A stretch of DNA of 64,000 nucleotides from positions 1,050-65,049 of the forward strand of contig DATHDM010000316.1 in the NCBI GenBank assembly GCA_035319065.1. Reading direction: 5' to 3'. The notes under the pieces were generated by a model. The model ran no database searches. It was given only the letters and a program-made list of their open reading frames with translations, and was not told where the DNA came from. Below are positions 40,320 to 49,546 of this stretch, piece by piece. Each line of letters opens with the position of its first letter. The stretch's first letter is position 1. The stretch comes from Terriglobales bacterium (GTDB lineage: Bacteria; Acidobacteriota; Terriglobia; Terriglobales; Acidobacteriaceae). Both the position numbers and the translations under genes were made by a program.

Positions 40320-41504
40320 ATGACCACCAGCACCCTGGAAAAGCATAAGAAGCCCGCCCACAAGAAGCCCAGCGAACTGGACAAGAGGGCCGACCTTGCG
40401 GGGCCGGGAATCGGTAGCTACAGCGAGATCGAACGCATTCTCCCCAGCGATTACCGGTCGCTGCTCACCCCCCGAGAGACGCAAAAAGCCATCTTTGCGG
40501 TCAAACAGTATGTCGAGGAGAACCTTTGCCGGGAACTGAACCTCATGATGGTGACCGTGCCGCTCATCGTCGACGTGGAGAGCGGTGTCAACGACATGTT
40601 GGACCGCGATGGCTCGCGTACGCCCATCCAGTTCCACATCTCCAACGACCGTAATCAGAATCCCATCGACGCCCAGGTAGTGCAGGCAGCCACCAAGTGG
40701 AAGAGAACCGCGTTGCGCCAATTTGGGTGCCAGCTCGGAGAAGGTATCTGCACTGACATGCGCGCGGTTCGCAAGGATTACTTTCTCGATCACGATCACA
40801 GCGCCTACGTCGATCAGTGGGACTGGGAGCGCGTCATCACCGCGGAGGAGCGCAACGTCTCCTTCCTGAAAATGGTCGTCAACCGCATCTGGAAGGTGCT
40901 GGTGGGCGCCGAGCGCTACGCGCTCGAGATGTTCCCCCAGTTGAACGACCCGCGCTATCCCCGTCTGCCGGAAGAGATCACGTTTCTGCACGCGGAAGAG
41001 ATTCTCGACATGTACCCCGACCTGCCGCGGAAGCAGCGCGAGACCCGAGTGCTGCAGAAGTATCCCGCCATCTTCATCGTGGGCATCGGCTGGCCGCTCA
41101 AGGACGGCTATCCTCACGAGATGCGCGCCGCCGATTACGACGACTGGATCACCGATACCAGCGGAGAAACCGGGAAGCCCACACACGGGCTCAACGGCGA
41201 CATCCTGGTATGGAATCCGGTAACCAAGCGCCGGCACGAACTCACTTCCATGGGAATCCGGGTGAATCCGGAGACCCTGCAAAAACAACTGCAGGTGGCA
41301 GGGCAAGTGGAGTTCCTGAAATTCCCGTACCACCAGGGAATTCTGAACAATGGAATCCCGCTCTCGATCGGGGGAGGCATCGGCCAATCCAGGACCCTGA
41401 TGCTGCTGCTGCGTAAGGCGCATCTCGGCGAGGTCAGCGTCACCGTCTGGCCACGCATCCTGAAAAGCATCTGCGCTCGGAAGAACATCTTCGTGCTGGA
41501 ATAA
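40320..41504 (+). CDS. asnA: Aspartate--ammonia ligase (asparagine synthetase A)
   Basis: YVDQWDWERVI, LNGDILVWNPV, ELTSMGIRV and IGGGIGQSRTLMLLL match E. coli AsnA as I recall it. GGAGG lies 4 nt before the ATG at 40320. Confidence 0.9.
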   Translation: MTTSTLEKHKKPAHKKPSELDKRADLAGPGIGSYSEIERILPSDYRSLLTPRETQKAIFAVKQYVEENLCRELNLMMVTVPLIVDVESGVNDMLDRDGSRTPIQFHISNDRNQNPIDAQVVQAATKWKRTALRQFGCQLGEGICTDMRAVRKDYFLDHDHSAYVDQWDWERVITAEERNVSFLKMVVNRIWKVLVGAERYALEMFPQLNDPRYPRLPEEITFLHAEEILDMYPDLPRKQRETRVLQKYPAIFIVGIGWPLKDGYPHEMRAADYDDWITDTSGETGKPTHGLNGDILVWNPVTKRRHELTSMGIRVNPETLQKQLQVAGQVEFLKFPYHQGILNNGIPLSIGGGIGQSRTLMLLLRKAHLGEVSVTVWPRILKSICARKNIFVLE

Positions 41505-41570
41505 CCAGGTTCCGCTTGAAGGGGCGCAATGCGAGCTGCGCCCCCAGCGCGTTTGTCACTGAGACTCATC

Positions 41571-41616
41571 CCGGACGGCCGTCCGGACCGCGGTTCAGCG
41601 GACGTCCTGCCGTCCG
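41571..41616. repeat. Two tandem copies of a CGGACG/CGTCCG hairpin motif, each followed by TTCAGC
   Basis: A 16-bp perfect palindrome CCGGACGGCCGTCCGG (41571-41586) and CGGACG-TCCTGC-CGTCCG (41599-41616), in the leader of the ABC ATPase gene. Confidence 0.5.
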
Positions 41617-41674
41617 TTCAGCCGATTCCTATTCCCCTGTCCGCTGTCCACTTACTCTCGAGTATCATCGCCAA

Positions 41675-42526
41675 GTGGCGCTGCTTGAGATTCGCAACCT
41701 GGTGAAAGTCTTCCCCACGGGGACCTCTCCCTTTGGCGGCGCGCGAGGAGAGGTTCGCGCCGTGGACGACGTTTCCCTCGATATTCATGCCGGCGAAACC
41801 GTGGGGCTAGTGGGGGAGTCAGGCTCCGGCAAGAGCACCCTCGGACGGCTGGCGCTGCGCCTGATCGAGCCCACCTCAGGCAGCGTGCAGTTTGACGGGC
41901 TCAACGTTCTCGCTGCCGGCAGCACCGCCATGCGTCGCCTGCGCCGCGAAATGCAGATCATCTTCCAGGACCCCTTCGGATCGCTCGATCCCCGCATGAC
42001 CGTGGACCAGATCATCACCGAACCCCTCCGCACCCATGGCGACGATGGCCAGGACCGCGGCACCGACGCCCGACCTGGACACTGGACCGGGTCCGAACGA
42101 CGCAGCTCGCGCTACCGCCAGCAGGCTGCGCAACTCATGCGCGCCGTAGGCCTGGAAGAATCGGCGCTGCGGCGCTATTCCCACGAATTCAGCGGCGGCC
42201 AACGGCAGCGCATCGGCATTGCTCGCGCCCTGGCGCTGCGTCCGCGCTTCATCGTCGCCGACGAGCCGGTTTCGGCGCTGGATGTCAGCGTGGGCGCACA
42301 GATTGTCAATCTCATGGCCCGCCTGCAACGCGAATATGGGCTGACTTATCTGTTCATCTCGCATTCCATGCCCATTGTGCGCTATCTGGCCACGCGCATC
42401 GCCGTTATGTATCGGGGCAAGATCGTGGAAGTGGGAGAAACCGACCACCTCATGCATACTCCCGAAAATCCCTACACGAAGTCGCTGCTGGCGGCGACCC
42501 CGGAGATTCCCATCGCCAACCCCTGA
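41675..42526 (+). CDS. ABC transporter ATP-binding protein, OppF/DppF type (orphan)
   Basis: Walker A GESGSGKST, signature FSGGQRQR, Walker B FIVADEPVSALD and the C-terminal oligopeptide-type motif NPYTKSLL. GTG at 41675 chosen because the family starts LLEIRNL. The start is uncertain. Confidence 0.85.
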   Translation: MALLEIRNLVKVFPTGTSPFGGARGEVRAVDDVSLDIHAGETVGLVGESGSGKSTLGRLALRLIEPTSGSVQFDGLNVLAAGSTAMRRLRREMQIIFQDPFGSLDPRMTVDQIITEPLRTHGDDGQDRGTDARPGHWTGSERRSSRYRQQAAQLMRAVGLEESALRRYSHEFSGGQRQRIGIARALALRPRFIVADEPVSALDVSVGAQIVNLMARLQREYGLTYLFISHSMPIVRYLATRIAVMYRGKIVEVGETDHLMHTPENPYTKSLLAATPEIPIANP

Positions 42527-42601
42527 CGAGCTTCACTCAGCGCTATCCCAGGTCCCCGCAACGCGTCTTGGTTGATGAGAGATCCCAGGCGAGATCCCGC
42601 C

Positions 42602-42871
42602 TCAATGCACCGTGCCGGTGTGCGGAACCGCAGGCGGCGCCGCCTCCCCCGCAAGCTGCTCCTTCAGCAGGTTGAACGCCCGCAGAAAATTCACCGTTCT
42701 TCCGGCCGGGCCATCGAAGGTAAGTTTGCATTCCACAAAGCTGGTGTTGCGCCAGGCAAAGTCGCCTCCAGTGTAGATCAGCTCGCAGCGCGTAAACTGG
42801 CAGCTAAGGAAGAACTTGTTATCGATGTGAATGAGGGTGCCGCTTTCACTGCGATTCTGGATGGTTTCCAT
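42602..42871 (-). CDS. 89-aa hypothetical protein
   Basis: AGAGAGG lies upstream of the ATG at 42871. Beta-rich looking sequence with 3 Cys. No recognisable family. Confidence 0.4.
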   Translation of the reverse strand: METIQNRSESGTLIHIDNKFFLSCQFTRCELIYTGGDFAWRNTSFVECKLTFDGPAGRTVNFLRAFNLLKEQLAGEAAPPAVPHTGTVH

Positions 42872-43026
42872 GGGCCTCTCTTTTTGCCCTGCGATTGTAG
42901 TCCGCAGAAGGGGAAGGGACATCCTTTCACGCGGCACACCCAACCCGGCTGCCCGAGCCGGGCCACGGGTTTACCAGATGCTCCGGGATCAGTAGAATCT
43001 CGCAGTTTCCCGTTACGGAGGACGTC

Positions 43027-43788
43027 ATGAGCGCAGCTCCTGTGCTTTCCATGCCATCGCCCGAGCCTGCCCAGCCCAGGCTTTCCGAATGGCAGCGGCT
43101 GGTTAATGTCTTCGTCAACCCCAGTCGCACCTTCACCGACCTGAAGCGCAAGCCCAGCTGGTGGGCGCCCTGGTTGATCCTGGCGATCACTTCGGTGATC
43201 TTCGTGTCGGTGGTGGGCAACAAGATAGGCTGGGAACGTGTGACCGAAAACCAGATCAGGCTGGATGCCAAAGCGGTCGAGCGCATGGAGAAGCTGCCTG
43301 CGGAGGAGCGCGCCCGCCGCATGGAAATCTCGACCACCATCACCAAGGGCTTCGCCTACGCCTCCCCTGTGCTCCTGCTGGTGGTGGCTGCCATCGTGGC
43401 GGCGGTGATGATGGGCAGCTTCAATTTTGGTGCGGGCGCCGAGATCGGCTTCGGAGTCTCGATGGCGGTGGTGATGTACTCCTTCCTGCCAGGGATCCTG
43501 AAAACGCCGCTGACCCTGATCAGTGTGCTCGCAGGTACCGATCCTGAGGGCTTCAACATCCGCAACCCGGTGGCCACCAATCTGGGTTTCTTCATCAATC
43601 CGGTAGAACATCCGGTGTTCCACAAGCTGGGCTCAGCGTTTGATATTTTTGCCATCTGGACCATCATCCTGATGGGCATCGGCTACGCCTGCGTCAGCAA
43701 ACTGAAGCGCTCCAGCACTGTCACCACCGTGGTGATCTGGTATGCGCTGATCACCCTGGCAGGGGTGGTCTTGGCGGCGCTGTTCTAG
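43027..43788 (+). CDS. Yip1-domain membrane protein
   Basis: GGAGG SD. NPSRTFTDLKRKPSWWAPWLIL followed by 5 TM segments, typical Yip1/DUF1282 topology. Confidence 0.75.
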   Translation: MSAAPVLSMPSPEPAQPRLSEWQRLVNVFVNPSRTFTDLKRKPSWWAPWLILAITSVIFVSVVGNKIGWERVTENQIRLDAKAVERMEKLPAEERARRMEISTTITKGFAYASPVLLLVVAAIVAAVMMGSFNFGAGAEIGFGVSMAVVMYSFLPGILKTPLTLISVLAGTDPEGFNIRNPVATNLGFFINPVEHPVFHKLGSAFDIFAIWTIILMGIGYACVSKLKRSSTVTTVVIWYALITLAGVVLAALF

Positions 43789-43833
43789 GAGGGGCTGCTG
43801 AAGGCCCGGCTTTGCCTGGAGGAGACAATCATC

Positions 43834-44361
43834 ATGAAAAGACTTTTCACCTGCATCATCGCGCTGGCCGGACTGGCGCTCGGTGCTCCCGCGCAGGAGA
43901 AGAATCCGGTAATCGAAGCTGCGAAGCGGGCCCTGCAACGGCAATCGGAAAACCTGGTGGCTGCGCTCGAGGAGATGCCGGCCGACAAGTACGGCTTCAA
44001 ACCCACGCCGCAGCAGGAGCCGTTCGCGCATATCGCCATCCACACATCGCAAGCCAACTACCTGCTGTGTAGCAAGGTTGGCAATGTCGCGGCACCCACC
44101 GTGGCCGAGTTGAAAGAAGACGCTCCCAAAGACCAACTGGTCACGGCTTTGCGCGCGTCCTTCGATTTCTGCGGGAAGGCGCTGGCCCAGGCAAGCGACG
44201 CAAACCTTGGCGATGAAGTAGAACTGTTCGGAGGCCGCAAGGGAACCCGAGCCTCGGCGGTGCTGGCCCTGGCTGGGGGCTGGGCCGACCACTACGCCCA
44301 GGCCGCTATGTATCTTCGGCTGAGCGGGCTGCTGCCGCCCACCGCCAAGCCGAAGAAGTAG
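43834..44361 (+). CDS. DinB-family protein with signal peptide
   Basis: GGAG SD, signal peptide ALAGLALGAPAQ, a four-helix DinB-like pattern and conserved His (HIAIHT..., ADHYAQ). Confidence 0.7.
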   Translation: MKRLFTCIIALAGLALGAPAQEKNPVIEAAKRALQRQSENLVAALEEMPADKYGFKPTPQQEPFAHIAIHTSQANYLLCSKVGNVAAPTVAELKEDAPKDQLVTALRASFDFCGKALAQASDANLGDEVELFGGRKGTRASAVLALAGGWADHYAQAAMYLRLSGLLPPTAKPKK

Positions 44362-44401
44362 TGAACGCCGCGGATTTTTTGGCGGCGCAGTGCAGAGGTG
44401 C

Positions 44402-45181
44402 ATGTTCTTGCTGGCACCTGACTCCAAGCAGCGCTTCTCCAATCGGGTGGACGACTACGTCCGCTACCGGCCGTCGTATCCCCGCGCCATCCTGCGCACG
44501 CTGATTGCCGAGTGCGGCCTCACCCCCGAATGGCGTATCGCCGACGTCGGCTCCGGCACCGGCAAGCTGGCGGAGCTGTTCCTCGACAATGGCAACCGCG
44601 TCTACGCCGTCGAGCCAAACGAGAACATGCGGCGCGCGGCCGAGAGCCTGCTGGGCAACAATCCCAATTTCAACGCCGTTCCCGGATCGGCCGAGGCGAC
44701 CACCCTGCGCCTCGCCAGCGTGGACGTCGTCGCCGCCGGACAGGCCTTTCACTGGTTTGACCGTACCGCGGCCAAGGCTGAATTCCTCCGGATCCTGAAA
44801 GCCAGCGGCTGGATGGTGCTGGTCTGGAACGAGCGCAGGGACGATACCACGCCCTTCCTGAAGGCCTACGAAGAGCTGCTTCGCCGCTACTCACGCGACT
44901 ACACGCGGGTGGATCATCGCAATATCACGGAAGAAATCCTGCAGGAGTTCTTCAGCCCAAGCACCTACCGCAAGCGGGTTTTCGAAAAGACCCAGGATTT
45001 CGACCGCGAGGGCCTTCTGGGGCGCTTGCGCTCATCTTCATACGTTCCCGCTCCCGGCGAGCCCAATCACGAAGTGATCGTGCGCGATGCCGAGGCCTTG
45101 TTCAAGAAATACGCCGAGAACGGCAGGGTGCGGTTTGAGTATTCGACTGTGATGTACTTCGCGCCGTTCAGGAAGGTTTAG
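44402..45181 (+). CDS. Class I SAM-dependent methyltransferase
   Basis: Motif I IADVGSGTGKLAE, post-I VYAVEPNENMR and motif II VVAAGQAFHWF. Confidence 0.85.
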   Translation: MFLLAPDSKQRFSNRVDDYVRYRPSYPRAILRTLIAECGLTPEWRIADVGSGTGKLAELFLDNGNRVYAVEPNENMRRAAESLLGNNPNFNAVPGSAEATTLRLASVDVVAAGQAFHWFDRTAAKAEFLRILKASGWMVLVWNERRDDTTPFLKAYEELLRRYSRDYTRVDHRNITEEILQEFFSPSTYRKRVFEKTQDFDREGLLGRLRSSSYVPAPGEPNHEVIVRDAEALFKKYAENGRVRFEYSTVMYFAPFRKV

Positions 45182-45374
45182 GTGCGGCGCCAGCGGAAGG
45201 ACCTGCAGCGGTGTTTCCGGCCGGTTGGATTAGTCTCATCCTGCAGCCAAGAGCACGCTTTTACAGACCTTTCACATTGCCCCACTTACCGTTCAACGCG
45301 GAAATCGCGCTATCCGGCAATTGTGGCGCCCAGGCAAGGCCGCCATATGTTCTAATACACGTACTTTCAGAGGG

Positions 45375-46397
45375 ATGGAGCTAGACCGAAGAATCCGGCG
45401 CGGCTGGAAGGCCGTGCATCGCCGCAGTCGCGAGCTCAAGATGATCGCCAAGGCGCTGGCCTCTACCGATCATCCCATCCTCGCCCATGTCATCCCCATG
45501 CGGCGTTGCAACCTCACCTGCACCTATTGCAACGAATACGACAAGGTTTCTCAGCCCGTGCCGCTCGATGAGATGCGTCGGCGTCTCGACAAGCTAGCCG
45601 AGCTGGGAACTACGATCATCACCATTTCCGGCGGCGAGCCTTTGCTCCATCCCGAGCTGGACGAAGTGATCCGGCACATCCGCCGCAGGGGAATGATCGC
45701 CGGCATGATCACCAATGGCTATCTGCTCACCAGCGAGCGCATCCAGGGGCTGAACCGCGCCGGCCTCGAACACCTCCAGATCTCGATCGATAACGTCACT
45801 CCCGACGATGTTTCCAAGAAGAGCCTGAAGGTACTCGACAAGAAACTGCGGTTATTGGCCGAATACGCCGACTTTCACGTGAACATCAATTCCGTGGTGG
45901 GCGGCGGAATCCGCAATCCGGAAGACGCGCTGGTCATCGGCAAACGAGCGTTGGAACTGGGATTGACCTCCACCGTGGGCATCATTCACAACGGTGACGG
46001 GCAGGTGCTGCCGCTCGGGGAAAAAGAGCGCAGCATCTATCACGCCATGAAGGCCATGGAAAAGGCCAGCTACGCGCGCATCAACTATTTTCAAGACAAC
46101 ATCGCCAGCGGCCGGCCCAACCAGTGGCGCTGCCGCGCGGGGGCGCGCTATCTCTACATCTGCGAAAACGGCCTGGTGCACTACTGCTCGCAGCAGCGCG
46201 GCTACCCTGCCAAACCGCTCGCCGAGTACACGGTGGACGACATCCGCCGCGAATACCTGACGGAAAAGTCATGCGCACCACACTGCACCGTCTCCTGCGT
46301 CCACCAGGTCTCCTACCTTGACGCCTGGCGCGCTCCCCAAAAGAGCAACGTCCCCCCTGCTCCCACCGGCGCGGGCGAGCTGGTGCAGATCCAGTAG
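45375..46397 (+). CDS. Radical SAM enzyme with Cys-rich SPASM/twitch-like C-terminal domain
   Basis: [11 protein letters not shown] (CX3CX2C), GGEPLL, then [19 protein letters not shown] and CAPHCTVSC near the C-terminus. Confidence 0.85.
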   Translation: MELDRRIRRGWKAVHRRSRELKMIAKALASTDHPILAHVIPMRRCNLTCTYCNEYDKVSQPVPLDEMRRRLDKLAELGTTIITISGGEPLLHPELDEVIRHIRRRGMIAGMITNGYLLTSERIQGLNRAGLEHLQISIDNVTPDDVSKKSLKVLDKKLRLLAEYADFHVNINSVVGGGIRNPEDALVIGKRALELGLTSTVGIIHNGDGQVLPLGEKERSIYHAMKAMEKASYARINYFQDNIASGRPNQWRCRAGARYLYICENGLVHYCSQQRGYPAKPLAEYTVDDIRREYLTEKSCAPHCTVSCVHQVSYLDAWRAPQKSNVPPAPTGAGELVQIQ

Positions 46398-46421
46398 AAC
46401 CTCGGGGGCCTCACCGACTGG

Positions 46422-47273
46422 TCATCCCATCAGCAGTTCGCGCGCCCGCTGTGTGGCTTTGACCACCGCGCGGATCAGCGTCACCCGCAAGCCGCCCTCC
46501 TCCAACTCCAACAGGCCATCAATGGTGCAGCCGGCGGGCGTAGTGACCGCATCCTTCAGCAGCGCGGGATGGTCGCCGGTTTCGAGCACCACCTTGGCTG
46601 CGCCCAGCGCAGTCTGCGCCGCCAGCAGCGTGGCAAGATCGCGTGGCAGGCCGACTTTTACTCCGGCTTCCGCCAGCGACTCCAGGATCACGTAGATGTA
46701 AGCCGGCCCGCTCGCCGAGAGCGCGGTGCAGGCGTCCATGTGCTGCTCATCCACCAGCACGGTCTTGCCCACGGAATCGAACAGGGTGCGCGCGATCTCC
46801 AGGTGATCGGCGGTAGCGAAGCGGCCCTTGGCGATCGCCGTCATGCCGCAGCGCAGCATGCTGGGGGTGTTGGGCATGGCGCGAACCACGGGCACGTCGG
46901 AGTCGAGGTGCTTCTCGATGTACGCCGTGGGCACGGACGCGGCCACGGAAATCACCAACTGCGAGGGCTTGACGGCATGCCTGATCTCATGCAGCACGCC
47001 GCTCACCACCTGCGGCTTCACTCCAAGCACGATGATGTCCGCCTTGCGCACCGCAGCCACGTTATCGGTGCCTACCGCCACCTGGAGCTTCTCCGCCACC
47101 CGCCCGGCGCGCTCCTCGTGCTTGACCGTGGCTGTGGTCTGGTTGCGTGCGAGGATGCCGTTGTCCAGCAGTGCCTGCAGCAGGATGCCTCCGATCTTGC
47201 CCGCACCCAGCAGCGCAAGCCGCTGCCCGCCCAGCCCCTTTTCGTTGCTCGTCGTGTGTTTTGTCTTTGCCAT
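46422..47273 (-). CDS. proC: Pyrroline-5-carboxylate reductase
   Basis: Rossmann motif LLGAGKIGG and a ProC C-terminal dimerisation domain (SPAGCTIDGL-like VTTPAGCTIDGL). Confidence 0.92.
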   Translation of the reverse strand: MAKTKHTTSNEKGLGGQRLALLGAGKIGGILLQALLDNGILARNQTTATVKHEERAGRVAEKLQVAVGTDNVAAVRKADIIVLGVKPQVVSGVLHEIRHAVKPSQLVISVAASVPTAYIEKHLDSDVPVVRAMPNTPSMLRCGMTAIAKGRFATADHLEIARTLFDSVGKTVLVDEQHMDACTALSASGPAYIYVILESLAEAGVKVGLPRDLATLLAAQTALGAAKVVLETGDHPALLKDAVTTPAGCTIDGLLELEEGGLRVTLIRAVVKATQRARELLMG

Positions 47274-47533
47274 TAGCTTCCCCTCTGGTTTGCCTTCCGT
47301 GTGGTAGCGAGCGCAGCTTTACCTGCCCAAAACACAACGACCCGCGATGCCGGGCACCGTGGGTCGTGGGAAACTCGCTTGTACGGCTCGTCTCTCAGCT
47401 CAACTGCACACCACCCACGCTGCCCGCGTCGGGACGCGGGAACGCCGGTCGCGGATACGCGCTGCCGGTGCGAATTGGGAGGGCAGTGTTGCTCATTGCC
47501 GTGCCGCTAAGGTACATGGGAAGCTCGGCCAGG

Positions 47534-48247
47534 TCAACCGCAGCCTGCGACCGCCGCCGCCCCGACCGCCCGGCGCAGGGCCGCTCGCGCCAGCAAGCGC
47601 GTCGAATCCAGCGTGGGCAGCGGCGAGTTCGCTGGGCATACAAGCAGCGGAATCTCCGTGCACCCCAGCACCACCGCGTCGCAACCCTGGCTCTGCATGC
47701 GCGCGATCACCGTCTGGAAATACGCCAGGGCTTCCGGCTTGAATTGTCCATACACCAGCTCGTCCATGATGATCTGGTTGATGCACTCGCGCTCCTCCCG
47801 CTGGGGACGAAGAAACTCCAGCCCGCGGGCGCGCAGCTTGTCCGGGTAAACGTCGCTTTCCACCAGATACTTGGTGCCGGTGATGGCCAGCTTGCGATAG
47901 CCATGCCGAACGGCTTCTGTGGCCACCTCATCGGCTATATGCAGCCAGGGCAGTGGCGAGCGGTCGACCACTCTGGGCAGCGCCTGGTGCGCAGTGTTGT
48001 CCGGGCAGATGAGAAAGTCGGCCCCGGCGGCGGCCAGCTTGTTCGCGGACGAAAGCATCATTTCGGCCACACCTTGCCAATCGTCCACGTATATGTGGCG
48101 CATGTATTCGGCCAGCGGGAGGGTGTGCATGGTGACTTCGGGATGGTTGTGCGGACCCAGCAGCGAGGCCCCCTCGATGCAGATCGTCCGGTAGCAGAGC
48201 GCGGCGCCCTCGGCGCTGACTGCAACAATACCAATATGCTCAGGCAT
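47534..48247 (-). CDS. Aspartate/glutamate racemase family protein
   Basis: IGIVAVSAEG..., first thiol motif region LICPDNTAH and second VVLGCTEIPLL. Confidence 0.8.
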   Translation of the reverse strand: MPEHIGIVAVSAEGAALCYRTICIEGASLLGPHNHPEVTMHTLPLAEYMRHIYVDDWQGVAEMMLSSANKLAAAGADFLICPDNTAHQALPRVVDRSPLPWLHIADEVATEAVRHGYRKLAITGTKYLVESDVYPDKLRARGLEFLRPQREERECINQIIMDELVYGQFKPEALAYFQTVIARMQSQGCDAVVLGCTEIPLLVCPANSPLPTLDSTRLLARAALRRAVGAAAVAGCG

Positions 48248-48396
48248 AAGCGGATTGATTATTGAACGCGCCTCGAGGACTCCGGAAAATCGAGCCCGTG
48301 TGCGGCGCGGATGTTCGTGTCCGGGCCTTTGTCATCGCAGGCGGGCTTGCCGCGGATCTCGAAATCGCTGGCCTGGAAAATCGAGAGAAATCGCGA

Positions 48397-49461
48397 TCAA
48401 CCGTGCGGGCCGACCAATGCCAAGTACTCCTGCTTCCGCTCCTCGGGCAGAAACGACGCGCGGAAGGAGTTTATGGCTAGCGCACGCAAGTCTCGATCGC
48501 TGAGCCCGAATATCTGTTGGGCAAGCTGGTACTCGCGGTTGAGCGAGGTCAGGAACATCTCCGGGTCATCGGTGTTGAGTGTGACCATCATGCCGTGGTC
48601 AAGAAATGAGGGCATGGGGTGCTGGCGAAGCTCGGCACAGCAGCCGGTGTGCAGGTTGCTGGAGAGGCATACCTCGATCGGGATCTGCGACCCGGCCAGC
48701 CGCTGCATGAGGGCGGGATCGCGCCCTGCACTTAGCCCGTGCCCGATTCGCTCCGCTCCCAGGTGATCGATCGCCGCCGCAATCGACTCCGGCCCCGAGC
48801 TCTCGCCTGCGTGGCAGGTCAGCCGAAGTCCGTGCCTGCGCGCCTGGGCGTAGACCTCGGGGAACAGCTCGGGACCGGCCCGCTGCTCATCGCCGCCAAT
48901 GCCGAAGCCCACCACGCCGCGCTCGCGGTAGATGATCGCCTCCTCCACGACCCGCAGCGCGGCCTCGGGGCCGAAGTGGCGGGTAGCATCGAAGATCCAC
49001 AGCAGGGACACGCCAAAGTCGCGCTCACCACGCTCTCGACCGCGCTCAAGGCCTGCGAAGATGGGGGCAAACTCCTGGCCTCTCCAGTGGATCACTCCCA
49101 CCGAAACGTACACCTCGGCGTGGAGCACATTTTCCGCCGCCAGTTTTCTCATCAGCCGGTAGGTGATCAGCTCGTAGTCCTCGGGCGTGCGCAGCCGCTC
49201 GGAGACCGCCTTGAACGCCATCAGAAAGCCGAGAAAATCCGTATAGCGGTAAAGCCTTTCGACATCCGACTCGGTAAGTTCCTTGCCGCTATCGGGATTG
49301 AAAGCGTAGCGGCTGTTCTCCACGCGCAGCGGCGTATTGTGACGTCGGCTCAGCTCGGCCAGAGTGGGCGGATCGACTGATCCCTCGAGATGGAGATGCA
49401 GCTCTGCCTTGGGAAGCCCGCGAATAAACTCGCTGACCTGCAGGTCCTGCTGGGGTGACAT
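48397..49461 (-). CDS. add: Adenosine deaminase
   Basis: LPKAELHLHLEGS, CHAGE and SLNTDDPEMF metal/catalytic motifs. Confidence 0.92.
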   Translation of the reverse strand: MSPQQDLQVSEFIRGLPKAELHLHLEGSVDPPTLAELSRRHNTPLRVENSRYAFNPDSGKELTESDVERLYRYTDFLGFLMAFKAVSERLRTPEDYELITYRLMRKLAAENVLHAEVYVSVGVIHWRGQEFAPIFAGLERGRERGERDFGVSLLWIFDATRHFGPEAALRVVEEAIIYRERGVVGFGIGGDEQRAGPELFPEVYAQARRHGLRLTCHAGESSGPESIAAAIDHLGAERIGHGLSAGRDPALMQRLAGSQIPIEVCLSSNLHTGCCAELRQHPMPSFLDHGMMVTLNTDDPEMFLTSLNREYQLAQQIFGLSDRDLRALAINSFRASFLPEERKQEYLALVGPHG

Positions 49462-49546
49462 TCCCTCCAGTTAAGCACACTTGGAAACAACCTTGCGCTT
49501 CCTGTGGTGCCAACACCCTGCCCCGCGGCTGTGATGAAATAGGCGC

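Noticed and set aside
41516-41674. A 53-codon N-terminal extension of the ABC ATPase ORF
   Set aside because: The family begins at LLEIRNL. The extension is low-complexity and coincides with the hairpin-repeat leader.
45182-45355. A 57-codon GTG-initiated ORF directly upstream of the radical SAM gene, considered as a possible precursor peptide
   Set aside because: It starts immediately after the methyltransferase stop with no SD. It is Arg-rich with no leader/core organisation, and is typical of a random open frame in GC-rich DNA.
47390-47494. A 33-codon minus-strand ORF and the CCCGCGTC/GACGCGGG hairpin in the 260-bp proC leader region, considered as a leader peptide/attenuator
   Set aside because: There is no SD, no proline-codon run that would suggest attenuation, and no U tract after the hairpin.
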